Source: Nymphaea colorata | Lineage: Eukaryota | Direction of reading: 5' to 3' | DNA length: 64,000 bases | NCBI RefSeq assembly: GCF_008831285.2 | Contig: NC_045138.2 | Coordinates: 32,364,001 to 32,428,000, forward strand | The notes under the pieces: model-generated | Seen by the model: the letters and a program-made list of their open reading frames with translations, nothing else | The model's database searches: none | What the model was told of the DNA's origin: nothing | Program-made: the position numbers and the translations under genes | Part shown: in pieces, positions 12,192 to 25,021 of the stretch | Layout of the letters: each line of letters begins with the position of its first letter | Numbering within the stretch: the stretch's first letter is position 1

Positions 12192-12531
12192 ATGGAGGCC
12201 ATTGGGAAAGAAACAGACATCTCAGTGGTCCGCCTTCCTAAGGAAGTGCTCCAGATACTAGACACATTGGCATCTCTGTGGGAACATGTGCTTGGGGATA
12301 AGAAGTTGCAGGTGGTTCAGCTCAAGGGTGCCATGACCAACGAGGTGTCCAGTGTCTTTGGAGGTGGTACACAGAGAGGTACTGGTTCGAATTTACGACC
12401 AAGGCGTCGATGTCTTCTTCGATCGTGAGGACGAGATCGGAACCTTCGAGTGCATGTCGAAGCATGGGCAGGGGCCAAGGCTGCTCGGCCATTTCCCGAA
12501 CGGCCGGGTTGAGGAGTTCATTCATGCAAGG
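12192..12531 (+). pseudogene. Choline/ethanolamine kinase exon-1 fragment (right copy)
   Basis: [20 protein letters not shown], frameshift, then [56 protein letters not shown]; later exons not found. Confidence 0.9.
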
Positions 12532-15500
12532 GTATGCCATGATCTTCCTTCTGCAAATCTCTTTCCCTGTTTGGAATCTGAAGTTTCTTTCTTTACTCTG
12601 TTCATTAACTTCATGGCTATGGTGGCAGTTTCAACTGTATCTTTCATTACCGGATTGTGGAAACAGATGGACCTCGACCACTGAAATCTTCGTTTCTTCT
12701 TCAAATCATGACTCGAAGGTCTGTAGGTTCAAAATGGATGCAGGACTTCATTTGTGCTGCATCTGTGCTTGAGCATCTTGCCCAAAAGATTAGGTGATCA
12801 GTAGAAAATCTATAGTTTTCCAGTCCTTTTCATACTATAAGAATAGCTTTCATAGAAAAAATTATAGTAAAAAAAAATACGAACCTTTCATATGCTTTCA
12901 TTGTTTGAGATGACAAACCTTTTTTCATCGACAGGTCTCTCTCACTCTTTCTAAGAATCTCCTGTCACATAAAAAAGGAAGTTTTTTTGGGTTCTCCAAA
13001 TTCACACCTAAGTTATTTACTGATGAATTAACCTCTGTTTGCCTTATTAGGATTAACAAATCCTCTATGACATTACTGCTATGCATCTTAATTATCTTCT
13101 GTTTTTCTTCTCTTTTCAAGGGTGTCACTGTCACAGATGAAAACTAATGGCGGTTTGAAAAGGATTAAGCCTGGATGAATGTGTGAGCAGTCCATATTTT
13201 GTGCTGTTTCTTTTGGAAAATGGAACTAACATTACCTAATCTTTTAACCTGAACATATATTAGTCAACTTTTGTATTAAACTAAAAGCTCCAAAGCTCTA
13301 ATTTTTTTTTAATGATCAGGAATAAAACCAAAAGAGGAGATGTAATCAGCTGTCAAATCATATCTTAAAATGCTTAGTCCTCCTCTTGAACTGAAGCATT
13401 TGGACCCAACAAAAAAGTAAACGACGCCGGCTCATCAGGATGGATATTGATAGTATCCTTTTACATGCATGTATATGTATTGCTAATGCTTCCATCTTTC
13501 CATCTGAATCCGATTCAATTTCTTAATGGCATATTAATTTTTTTTTTATATCCAATTTTTTCAAGACAGTATGGTTGAATATCCGATCGAAATTAGATTT
13601 ATTTACATCCCTACCAAAGATGAGATGAATAGTTATGCTTGAAACTGTTTATTCTTGTGGGCTACAAACGGCTATAAAAGGCATCAAGTTTTTGCTGCAA
13701 ATCTGGATGCTGCTAAAAATTGAACTGTCATCCCAACGCAATAACATTTCCAACCTAACACACATGGACTAAATAAACTTTTAGCAACAAATACATGACA
13801 ATACCAATTTAATAAGATCGTAGCTGTTTACTAAAAGTCATACATAAAGAAATGTAATAACTAAGAAAGAGGTGCATAACGATTCACAAGGATAAAAATA
13901 CATAGAAAATGAAATCCATGAACCATATGGCGTACAACAAAAAGCAAAATTTAAACTCAAATCTAATAGCAAGAAAGTACACAACTAGAATCACAAAAGA
14001 ATAAACACATATCGGTTACAACTAGAATCACAAAACAAGAAACGCACATTAAGAAGAAGCCATGAACCGCATATCATGTGACATAAGAGTTTTAAGAAAA
14101 ACATGTGAAAGAAATGCTTTCATCAACTTCCATATACTCGCAAGCCCGTGGTTGACAGGCCTTGAGATCACTGTTAGCATGCTCGGTAGCAATTCGTCCT
14201 TCAACAATCAAATTTAAAGAAGAATTATACATACGTGAGCAGCAAAGATACAAGAAAATAACATTTCACGCAACATTATACATATAAGTAAAAAGGCTCA
14301 TGTTTCAACGCATCGGTAACAAGAATGATAATTTTAGGTTTCAATATTATTATGAAAAGGGTTGGTTTGCCGAATATGCCACACTTGCCCTCGTTGGTTA
14401 TATATGGCTATCAAGACATAATGCCAACATAATTTGTGGAGATTTTTACTACTATTGTTGACATTGGATGCCGCATAACATTTAGCGTGCGAACTGGAGA
14501 TTTTAAAGTTTGAGAATTCGTATATAAGTTTTATAAACTTAAGCATGTGCTTTGTTTGAGAGGATAGAGTTGGCTGAATGCTGTGAGAGATATTGTGCGT
14601 CGACGAGCCTGCCCGATAAGTTATCGGAGGTAGTCCAATTAGGCCCAATAACTTATATTTAATATTGTTTTATAATATATATATATATATATTATTTTAT
14701 ATTTAAAATATTATTTTTAATGTTAATTGAGCGGAATGGGGCTGGGCCCAGGCTCAAGTTCCAGACAGTCAGGCCGGGTCAAGGCTGCTCTTATGCGCTG
14801 CGGCCTTGCCAGGTGCCCTGTTGTTTGAAAACTTAGATATCATAGACAAAAAATGAGAGATATAGTGCTCTGCACTATGGCAGAAAATGACTCAAATTCG
14901 GAAGCTATATATAAAAGTAAAAAAGCATGTGTCTTGATATATTCGATCACAAAGGACAGAAGCTTTAGGTTTTAAAATCGGTGAAACAAAAAATTTAATT
15001 ATTGCTTGTTCTAAGAGCAAGAATTTGAATTTTTCATATATTGTGCAACCATTAAACTGAGAAAAAAAACAAAATGGCCTTGAGTTTCATATTTATGCTG
15101 CAAAACATAAACATATTTTCTTCTTGAATATTAATTATCCAGTACAAAAAGTCGAAGAATAATGTATACTAGTAAAAAATCTTGGGGAATGTGGCCCTTA
15201 CATTTTCATGAACAAATTCAAGTGACCTTCTAAAGATATATGCCTGAAGAAAAGACACTCGAATTCATTTGAATCACGACTTCAGCCTTTTTTGCAACGG
15301 CTAGAATCTTGGATTCCACGACGAGGGGATAGAACATGAGAGCGGAAGTGAAAAGTTGCAGGTGGACTTGGTGGAGGATGTTGCCTAGTGGATACAATTG
15401 CAGTCAGAAGCTCAAGGACATTCTTCACAATCTGAGTCGTTCTTGTCAGGGTCGGACTTTGGCGTTCTTCCTTTATGCAGGTCCTTGAAAGTTGAAACCT

Positions 15501-16185
15501 CTCTCTCTCTCTCTCATTTGCTCCATGATTGTTTCAGCATGGGCTTTGCTCCACATCACCATGAAGAACGCCTCAAGGCATCTGATCTGGGTGACGCGTC
15601 ATTGCTTAGTGAGGCGTATGCCTTAGGTCGCATATTGAAAACCGCTCTCTCTTTCAGTAATCTCTTGGACTGCCGATGAACACCCAGTCCTTGTCTCTTT
15701 TTCCAACGCCCTCTCTCTCTCTTAAGTGATCGCTGGCTTTCTCGCCCTTGCGCTCTAGCTCTTTCTCCCTCGCTTTTCACCATTGAAACTTATGAACTTT
15801 GCACGAGAACAGTCGTTCCTGACATAGCTAGTTGTAATTTTCAATGTGAAATTTGAGTCGTGGATGGGTTGCTTGGGATACATAGAAAGATTCTAGGCTT
15901 CCTGTAGAAGATGTTGATATCACAATTTTGATCACATGCAAGGAAGGTTTAATTTTAAGCTGTTTAATTACTTATTTAGGCTGTTTGCAAAAATGTTTAT
16001 GTTACTGTTTATATCATAAAGTTATACAAAGGTGTCCATTTAAATGCAGGTACTACATGAACTTCCAAAGCACATAGTCTGCAACACTGTTATTAAAATC
16101 AATTCTATAATCAAATAAATCAACTGCCCAATTCAGGTAAATTGAATTGGAATGACTCAATGAGAATAGGTGTGAATTGGCAAAA

Positions 16186-16188
<3 letters not shown>

Positions 16189-16263
<75 letters not shown>
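16189..16263. repeat. (TA)n microsatellite
   Basis: Directly visible. Confidence 0.95.
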
Positions 16264-16265
<2 letters not shown>

Positions 16266-17836
16266 TCAAAATGCAAAATTAAAAAAAAACTCTAGAAACA
16301 TAAATAATCATAATAATTATAAGTAGTAATAAACGGATAAATGATAAACATCTGACACCTTGCCCCCATTAAATATGCCATGGAATCAAAGTAATTTGCC
16401 ATAAGCTATTAACAACATGTTTTTTACATGTATTTTTATTTTATATACTTGTTATTTTTGCAATTGTTTTTAATGTTGAAAATATTTTTATGCATATTAT
16501 ATACTTTGCAGTTTTGGTCATGATGCTTACACTTGTCTATGCTTCTTCAGTCTTTGCCTCGCTTTAGGGACTTAATGTTTTGCTTCACATCATCAAATTT
16601 GATAACATCAGAAAGAACATTAACCTTTGCTTAAAACATGAATACTTTTCAGGTGTCGTCCTTTGTGAAGCTAAACAAATATTTAGACCAATAGAGCATT
16701 AGTTGATTTCCTCTTTTCAGTGTCAATTGTATTTCTTCTACATTTGGCTTGAAATTCAAAATTTGATTTACGTTGCATGGTGGGCAAGGAGGTTGGATCG
16801 GCAACCTTATCTTTAACAAAGCCTTTCCTTTCATGAGAACTGATGGCAAAAGTGAGGAGCAAAAGAGAGTCTCATTAGGGAGGGTATGGTAAGCCCAAGA
16901 GAGAGAGAGAGAGCTCAAAAGCTATCCTTCTTCTTGTCCATATTATTTGAATATTTTTTTGGAATATTGTGCTTCGAAACTTGTTATTTTGAATGTTATT
17001 TTTTATTTTTTACATTATCTTAAAACTATTCTGTATTTCAAATTTTTAGTCATGATACTTGTGCATCGCTTGGCATTATTACACATCGTTTCACTTCACA
17101 TACTCAATGCATCACTTTGCATCAATACACTTAACAACGTTGGTATTTTAGATCTGGATATGTGAATGTAGAGCTGAACAATTGATTTTTAAGTACTTGC
17201 GGTCATCGGAACCTATTTTTATATCTAAGAAACATATATTTTCTGTTGATTCTAAGTTAATTAATATTTGATCAAATTTGAACTGATTTTGGCCAGTTTC
17301 AATACACATGTTCTTCATGAATTGTAGCAGTTTTTCATGTTTTTGGATGAGAAAATATGAGTTCCAGGGCTTCAAAATTTGAGGTTTTTCTGTCAATCAC
17401 TCAAGAGTAGAGTTAGAACCAAGAATCAAAGAAAATAATTAAAGTTTATCAATATTTGAGCAGAGAACACAACACTCTTGATGCATATCATTTTTTTTAA
17501 ATCGGCAGATTTTTCTTCAATTTATTCACATATGTTGTGTTGTTTTTGTTGATGCTGTCTCATCGTAGTTTGACCACTAGTTCTCCAAGTGTGTAATAAT
17601 GTTGAATGCTTGGCTGGAGAAGAGAATGGAAGCAATTTTAAGTTGTTTAATTGTTTATTCTAATAGTTTACAAAAATGTTTATGCTATTGTTTATATCAA
17701 AAAGTTGTACAAATGTGTCTATTTGAATGTAACTTCCACATGAACTTCCAAAGCACATGGCTTACAACAATGTAATTAAAATTAATTTCATAATCAAATC
17801 ACTTAGTGTCCTAATTCAAGTAAATTGAATTGGAAA

Positions 17837-17959
<123 letters not shown>

Positions 17960-20900
17960 CATCAAAATGCAAAATTGAAAAAGAAAACTCTAGAAACATA
18001 AGTAATCATATAATTACAAATAGTAACAAACAAATGAATAAATAAGATACAACACATGGCAGCATTAAATAAGTCATGAAACCAGTGATTTGCCACAGGC
18101 TGTGAACAACGACTAACATGAGCTAAAATTGTTATATCTTATATCATTGTTGCTTGAAGAGTAGTTTCCAAGTTTGATATCATTTTTATCAATATTATAT
18201 TCTTTACAGTTTTCATCCTGATGCTTTGGTTCACTATGCATCAATGTGCTTCTCCTCTCTTCACGGGTTTAAAGCTTTGCTTCCCCTCATCACATTTAAC
18301 AATATTGGACATAAAATTTACCTTTGCTTAAAACATGAATACTTTTCAGGTGTCATCCTTTGTGAAGCTAAACAAATATTTGGACTGCTAGAGAATCATC
18401 TTTTTAGATGTGTATATATGAATGTAGAGCTAGGCAGTTGATTTTTAAGTACTCATGATTAGTAGAACCTATTTATATATTAAAGAAGCAGATATTTTCT
18501 GTTGATTCTAAGTTAGTTATTTGATCAAATTTGAACTGATTTTCGCCTGGTTTCCACTTTCCATAGGCATGAGTTCTTCACGAATTCTTGTAATGTTTCA
18601 TGATTTTGAATGAGAAAATATGAGTTTTAAGGCTTCAAAAATTGAGGGTTTTGCAGTCAATTGATTGAAAGTTGAGTTAAAACTAAGAATCAAAGAAAAT
18701 AATTGAGAAAATTGATCAACATTTGAGCAAAGAACACAATACTCTCACTGCATATTATTTGTCTTAATATTAGAATATTTTCATCAATTTATTCACATAT
18801 GTTTTCTTGTTATTTTTGTTGTTGTTGTCTCATTGTAGTTAGACCACTTGTTCGCCAGGCGTGTTTTGATGTTGAAAGCTTGGTTTATGAAGAGATTAGA
18901 AGTATGTCTTCACTGCTACGAAAGAGCAATTTCAAGTTGTTTAATTGCTTATTTTAGCTGCTTGAGAAATGTTTATGCTAGAAAATTGTATAAAGGTGTC
19001 CATTTAAATGCAGCTTTCACATAAACCTCCAAATCACGTAGCATAAAGCAATGTTATTAAAATCAATCTCATAATCAAATGAATCAGCTACCCAATTCAG
19101 GTATATTGAATTGGGTAGCTGATTGAAATAACTTATTAAGAATCATGTGTGAATTGGTAAAAAATAATCATATAAATTATAAATTGTAAATAAACAATAA
19201 ATGAATCAAATATGACACGTTGCACCATTAAGTAAGCCATGAACTCAAAGTGATTTGCCATAAGCAATGAACAATGATTGGCACGAGATGAATATGTGTT
19301 TTTTACATGTATTTTTATTTTACATAATTGTTATTTTAGCATTTGTTTTTAATTTTGAAATTTTGACTTTATTTTTATGAATATTATATACTTGACAATT
19401 TTGGTCCTAATGCTTACGCTTCAATACACTTCCTTTTGCTTCACAAGCTTAATGCTTTGCTTCGCCTCACCATATTTACCAACATTGAAACTAACTTTAA
19501 CCGTTTCTTAAAACATGAATACTTGTCAGTGTCGCCTTTTGTGAAGTTAAACACATGCTTGTACCAACTGAGAATAGTTGGACAGTTGATTTTTACGTAT
19601 TAATCAAGTTCATTTAACCTATTTATACATTAAGAAAACATATATTTTTTGTAGATTTTAAGTTAATTATTTGAACAAATTTGAACTGATTTTCACTGGC
19701 TTCCACAAAGATGTGTTTTTCACTAATTCTAGCAGTGTTTCATTATTTTGGATGATAAAATATAATAATTAAGCATTCAAAAACTGGGGGTTATGTTGTC
19801 AATCATTTGAGAGTCGAGTTAGAACCAAGAATCAAATAAAATAAATGACAATTTGATCAACATTTGAGCGAAGACACAACACTCTTTGTAGGTCTTTTTT
19901 TTTTTTAAACAACATATTTTTCTTCAATTTATTCACATTTGTTTTCTTGTTATTTTCGCTATTGTTGTCCCATTTTAGTTAGACTACTTGTTCGCCAGAC
20001 ACAAACTAATGTTGAATGGCTGGTGGGAGAAAAGATTGGAAGTGTGCCTTCGCAGCTAAAAAGAGTAACTTTAAGCTATTTAATTGCTTGTTCTAGCTGT
20101 TTGCATAAATGTTTATTTTATTGTTTATATTTGAATGTAGTACAAAGGTGTGTATTTAAATGCACCTTCCACATAAACTTCCAAAGCACATAGTCTGCAA
20201 CAATGTTATTATAATCAATTTCATAATCAAATCTATCAGGTACCAAATTGGGGTAAACTGAAATGGAATAATTTAATAAGAATTTGGTACAAATTGATAA
20301 AAAATCATAACATACATATATTTGTCATGAATATGAAAATTAACAAAAGAAAACTTGAGAAGCAAAGAGGTGTAACGATTGGAGACAGTTCTGCAGCCAA
20401 TATTTGAAATGGGCCCGTGATGTTATGGGCAAAAAAGGCGCTTGGCTAAGGTCAACCACAAATAGGTGTAACGATTAATGTTTGCACAGAGAGAGAGGTT
20501 ATTGTTTTATTATCGTTTCATTGATAATTTTATATACATACATATATGCATATAAGTATACCACTTATATAAAAGATAAAAACTAGACTCACAAAAATAA
20601 TTAGTAAAGTGTTTTTATGCAACATAACTTTATGGATATGGTTTTAAGAGTGATTTGATGAGCAACACTTATCAAGTTAATCATTTTCAAAATTTTAATA
20701 ATGTTTTTTAATAGTAAAAAGTGCACGACTCTTGTAACATAGGAATTTTTATAGTAAAAAAATAAATATTTTACAAAAAATAACTTATATTGAATTGATG
20801 TTCATTAACACGTCAGGATGTTCAAATTTTGTTTATAATAACTTTTAACATTAAATTAGAAGGACGTTATATATATATATATATATATATAAACTGATTT

Positions 20901-21120
20901 GTGGTGACCATGAATTCCGTTCAACCATTCCAATGATTACCAGTCGTCTCACCTTTCGTTTGTGTGGTAGGATTGTCGATAGATTGCCCTGATGTCAAAT
21001 GTCATTCTCTTGCCCTCTCATACACACCTTAACAGTAACCTTTTTATTTAGGAAGGTCCAACAGTTTTATGTTTGGGTAATCCATTCTCTTTACCGTTTT
21101 CTCTCTCCCTCTCTCTCTCC

Positions 21121-21123
<3 letters not shown>

Positions 21124-21181
<58 letters not shown>
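21124..21181. repeat. (TA)n microsatellite
   Basis: Directly visible. Confidence 0.95.
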
Positions 21182-21185
<4 letters not shown>

Positions 21186-21272
21186 TTTACAAAACAATCA
21201 TATTCTGGTAAAATATAAAAATTTACAAAAAAACTGCATTTCTGTAGTGAACGGTGGCTCTAGCTATTTAGG

Positions 21273-21402
21273 ACCGTTCATTATTTGATACCATAGATGG
21301 TTGAAAGAAAAACATAAAGAAAAAAATGAAACTTAATAGAACCGTTCATTTGATACCATAGATGATTGAAAGAAAAACATAAACAAAAAAGTGAAACTTA
21401 AG
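21273..21402. repeat. About 66-bp tandem duplication
   Basis: ACCGTTCATT..TTTGATACCATAGATG(G/A)TTGAAAGAAAAACATAAA..GAAACTTAA occurs twice. Confidence 0.85.
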
Positions 21403-21450
21403 CTAGATGACGAAAATGCTTATTACTTTTTTTTTTTTTATGTTGTATAA

Positions 21451-21846
21451 CAGCCCACATGACAGAAAACATTTCGCCCAATTTCAAGATCAGGAAAAGA
21501 ACATTTTTGTGCAATGTGCAATTGTTTGTGAATTATTTTGCTAAACAAGCAACTAAATGTAAATTCTTAAAGACTGAGCGCCCTTTGGGAGGTTACCCAT
21601 TAGTTGAGTTGATATTTGTAATTTGTCCTTACACATTTGCTCTCCTTGGGAACGAAGGTAAAACGACGCAATTTCTTGAGAGAGAGAGAGAGAGAGAGAG
21701 GACCGCTTGTCACACTCGAGGGACTGTTAATAAGACAAAACCACCTAATCATTCTCTTTTATATATATATATAAGAGGGAGAGGAAAAAAAAAAGAGATT
21801 CTATCAAAATGACGATGCAAATTGAATCAACTTTTACCAAAGACAG
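21451..21846 (+). repeat. Direct repeat, copy 1 (partner 22702-23019)
   Basis: CCACATGACAGAAAACATTTCGCCC..TTTTACCAAAGACAG; carries about 80 bp extra, including (GA)n. Confidence 0.9.
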
Positions 21847-22701
21847 AACTCACTATGCAAGTTGCCTGCGTCTTATTGAAAATACTTCTTGCTAACATTA
21901 TCTTATATAACAAAATTTAAATACCTGGAGGAATCATCAAATTTTGTCTTTGTCCTAAACCTCAATGGTTCACATACCAAAACAGAGACAATCCTTCATC
22001 AAATCCTCCTGCCTTTCCCGGCGACTTCTGCCGGCGACGGCAACTCCCGTTGGGTGGCCGTCGGACAACCTTGGACTCCCACTTGGCTTCTCTGTTCTGC
22101 TTGGGGTTCCAATGCCATCTCGCGCCTGCAGTTATGCTGCACTATTCATATGTGGCTTTTAACGTTGGGTGGCTGTTTCCATTACTCACGCCATTTGTCT
22201 AAGAGTTGCAGTTATGGTCCCTCGGTTACTAAGCTCAGCCTTCTTCATAGTAAGCTTGTCCCATTGAGCAACTTGATGATGAAATTGGTTTTTTTAGCTT
22301 CTACTTGCCCTTGTTTTTGGTCCATTTATATTGAATTGAACTCTAGTTTTTTATTCCAACTACCCGTTGGAACTTTTCGATGTTATTTAATCTCTCTCTC
22401 TCTCTCTCTTTATTAACATATTTTTATTAGTAAAGCCGAATGCATTGGCTATCTTTTCATGTGAAACATAAGTCTCGGAATTTCAGGTGGACCAAATCTG
22501 GTTTGTAGTGGAGGAGATGGGAGCCAAAAAAAAAAAACTAAAATATTTCTTTTCAATGGGTGAATAAAAAAGTTTCAACCGTGGGACACTGATTCAAAAG
22601 CTCTTATACTCTAATATAAGGGCATCAATGTATACAAATAAGAAAATAGTTGAAAATACCTATATAAAAATTTAAAAAAATTGTGGGATTGGTCTGCAGA
22701 G

Positions 22702-23019
22702 CAGTCCACATGACAGAAAACATTTCGCCCAACTTCAAGATCAGGAAAAGGACATTTTTGTAGATTGTGTAATTGTTTGTCAATTATTTTGCTAACCAAG
22801 CAACTAAATGTAAATTCTTAAAGACTGAGCGCCCTTTGGGAGGTTACCCATTAGTTGAGTTGATATTTGTAATTTGTCCTCACACATTTGCTCTCCTTGG
22901 GAACGAAGGAGGTAAAAGGACGGAATTTCTCTTATATATATATAAGAGAAAGAGAGAGGAAAAAAAAGAGATTATAGCAAAATCACTATGCAAATTGAAT
23001 CAATTTTTACCAAAGACAG
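22702..23019 (+). repeat. Direct repeat, copy 2
   Basis: Near-identical to 21451-21846. Confidence 0.9.
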
Positions 23020-23692
23020 GAATCTGACTAATCATTATAAAATCGAAGTCATTTTTAAATAGCTAAAAATTGGTTTTCACATTATTAATTTGAGGCAAAA
23101 CTAGTTGCAACGGAAAAAAAAAAGAAAATATAAAAAATAATTAAAAGTAGTGAAACATTCATGAACTGTGGCTTGTGGCGCCCTTAAGTGGGGAGCGGGA
23201 GATCAAATTAATGATTGAGACTAGTTGAAGCCTAATTTTGATAACGTGATCAGTATCACCTTTTGTTGTCTCCATAGCGTTGTCTTTGTAAGGCATGGTG
23301 GCATGTGTTTGTGAGGCAATGAGGTTTTAGAATTCTTCATTATCAGAAAAAAATCTTCGATTTATTAGATATAGGCTGTCCAATTTAGCATTAAAAATAT
23401 TAATAGTATTTTGTGCGTTTATCTTAATCGAACGGGCTGGAATCAGTATTTTCTTTCCAAACAAAATGTCATTTAAGAACGTAAATATGGAATGCTTCTT
23501 ACAATTTGGCAATTGGATGTTGAATCCTAAGAAAATACTCAGACATGTTTGATGCATTGATTAACTTGTATTGAGGATGTCTATATATAGTTAAAGACTA
23601 TATTTAAATTTATCTCTTATGAGTATTTCATCCTATTGTTCTATAAGAGACAGAACTCTACTCTTACCCCATTCCCCTAAGGTACCAGGCCT

Positions 23693-23884
23693 CAGTAGCG
23701 GAGCTAGGTGTGGGCTACTGCCCACGCCAGCCAACACCAATCCCTAAAAACCTTAATTATGAGTTAGCTGGATTTGGGTCTAGCCAAATGTTAAGCCCAC
23801 ACCGAACTCATTTCAATGCTCCATAGGCACCAAACCCAACTAAGAGTTATGCCCTTTTGATAAAATTTTCTGGCTTTGCTACTG
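23693..23884. mobile_element. hAT-type MITE
   Basis: TIRs CAGTAGCGGAGCTAG / CTGGCTTTGCTACTG; decayed 8-bp TSD CCAGGCCT / TCAAACCT. Confidence 0.75.
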
Positions 23885-24399
23885 TCAAACCTACTTTCAA
23901 TGCCTCAAGGTAATACCTCTATGCTTCAACTTGTACATTGGTGCTGTCCTTTTATCGCTACTAGCCAGTTACATTGAAACTATGACACTTTATGACAGCA
24001 AAATATAGATAATCGATCAAAGAAAACTGATCAATATATTTTTAGAAAATCTGGTCTACAAATTGGATTTTCTTTATTTTCTTTGAATCATATAGTTTTG
24101 GACACTCCCCATTTTTGTATGTGGCTGGATTCATCTACAAATTGGTAACTTCTTTAGAAATAAACTTCACAACTAATTCCATTTTGTTTTTTATGATGTA
24201 ATCAAGACAATTCATAGGCAAATAAATGGAGCATGTCCCTGTTAATATAAGCGAAGAAAGCTAGCATTATGAACTTTGTCCCTGATTTAGCTATGTCACA
24301 GTCGATTCCTAATAATAGGTACGTCAGGATGCAGTGCTCTTATAATAATGTCGAAAGCTGGTGAAAAGATTTATGCATATACAAGCAACAGCGGGTTCT

Positions 24400-24545
24400 C
24401 CAAAGTTGGAGGATGTCATTGACTCTGGCCAACTATTCTTCATGAACAAGCTTCTGCTCTTTCGTGGTCTTCCGTGTAAACGCGTGAAATGTTTAACGCG
24501 GTAGTATAAGCACATCATCGAAGAAGATCGCTTCTGACATGAGGG
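24400..24545 (+). pseudogene. Possible F-box gene remnant
   Basis: NKLLLFRGLPCKRVKCLTR*YKHIIEEDRF* loosely fits the F-box consensus (ILxRLPxKSxxRxKCVxKxWxxLI); stops present. Confidence 0.3.
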
Positions 24546-24845
24546 CCTACCATCTAGTGTTGTTGTCAAAATCAGACCCAGGTTACGATGAATTTTTTAT
24601 TTAATTTTTGGTATTTGTTGTTTTTCATATTTTTTATTTTTGTGTGAAAACCATAAAACTTAGTTTAATATTATTGTGATTGGTGAAGTATTTTGATGTC
24701 AAAACGTGTTTTTTTTTTAATGAGTGGGAAGATTCTTTGACAATGCCTCGGGGTAAGGTTTTCACCGTGCTTCAACTTGTATCTTTTCTTTGATGATTTG
24801 AAACGAAAACTGCTATCAATCCTCGCTTTGCTTGTTGCACCAGCT

Positions 24846-25021
24846 CAGGGGCGGAGTCAGGACGGGTCAAACAGTTCACAGGTTAGGCAGTTCACAGGTT
24901 AGGCCAGGAGGAGCGACATATCGAGCCAAACTAAAAAAATTTGATTTTTTCAATATAAAAAAAATTTCCTGCACTCACTCGAACCATGGCCCAGGCAGGC
25001 CCCCCCTTCCCTCCGCCCTTG
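24846..25021. mobile_element. hAT-type MITE
   Basis: TIRs CAGGGGCGGAG / CTCCGCCCTTG; 8-bp TSD CACCAGCT / CACCAACT. Confidence 0.85.

Larger units (their letters stand above)
11000..13410 (+). repeat. Inverted duplication, right arm (promoter, 5' leader, exon 1 and intron 1 of a choline kinase gene)
   Basis: Matches the left arm; has extra blocks at about 11438-12030, 12760-13125 and 13180-13258. Confidence 0.9.

Noticed and set aside
15556..15783. Basic 75-aa ORF as a MADS-box or similar factor
   Set aside because: Composition comes from (GA)n-rich sequence; diagnostic MADS residues are absent.
18839..18901. Resemblance of RPLVRQ..LVYEEIR to histone H4 (RLARR..LIYEETR)
   Set aside because: Short, not shared by the other units, and needs a gap; H4 is nearly invariant.
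21451..23019. TRIM retroelement; miR156-like TGACAGAA
   Set aside because: No PBS, PPT or TSD, and homology runs past the TG/CA ends; only 8 nt match miR156 and there is no hairpin.
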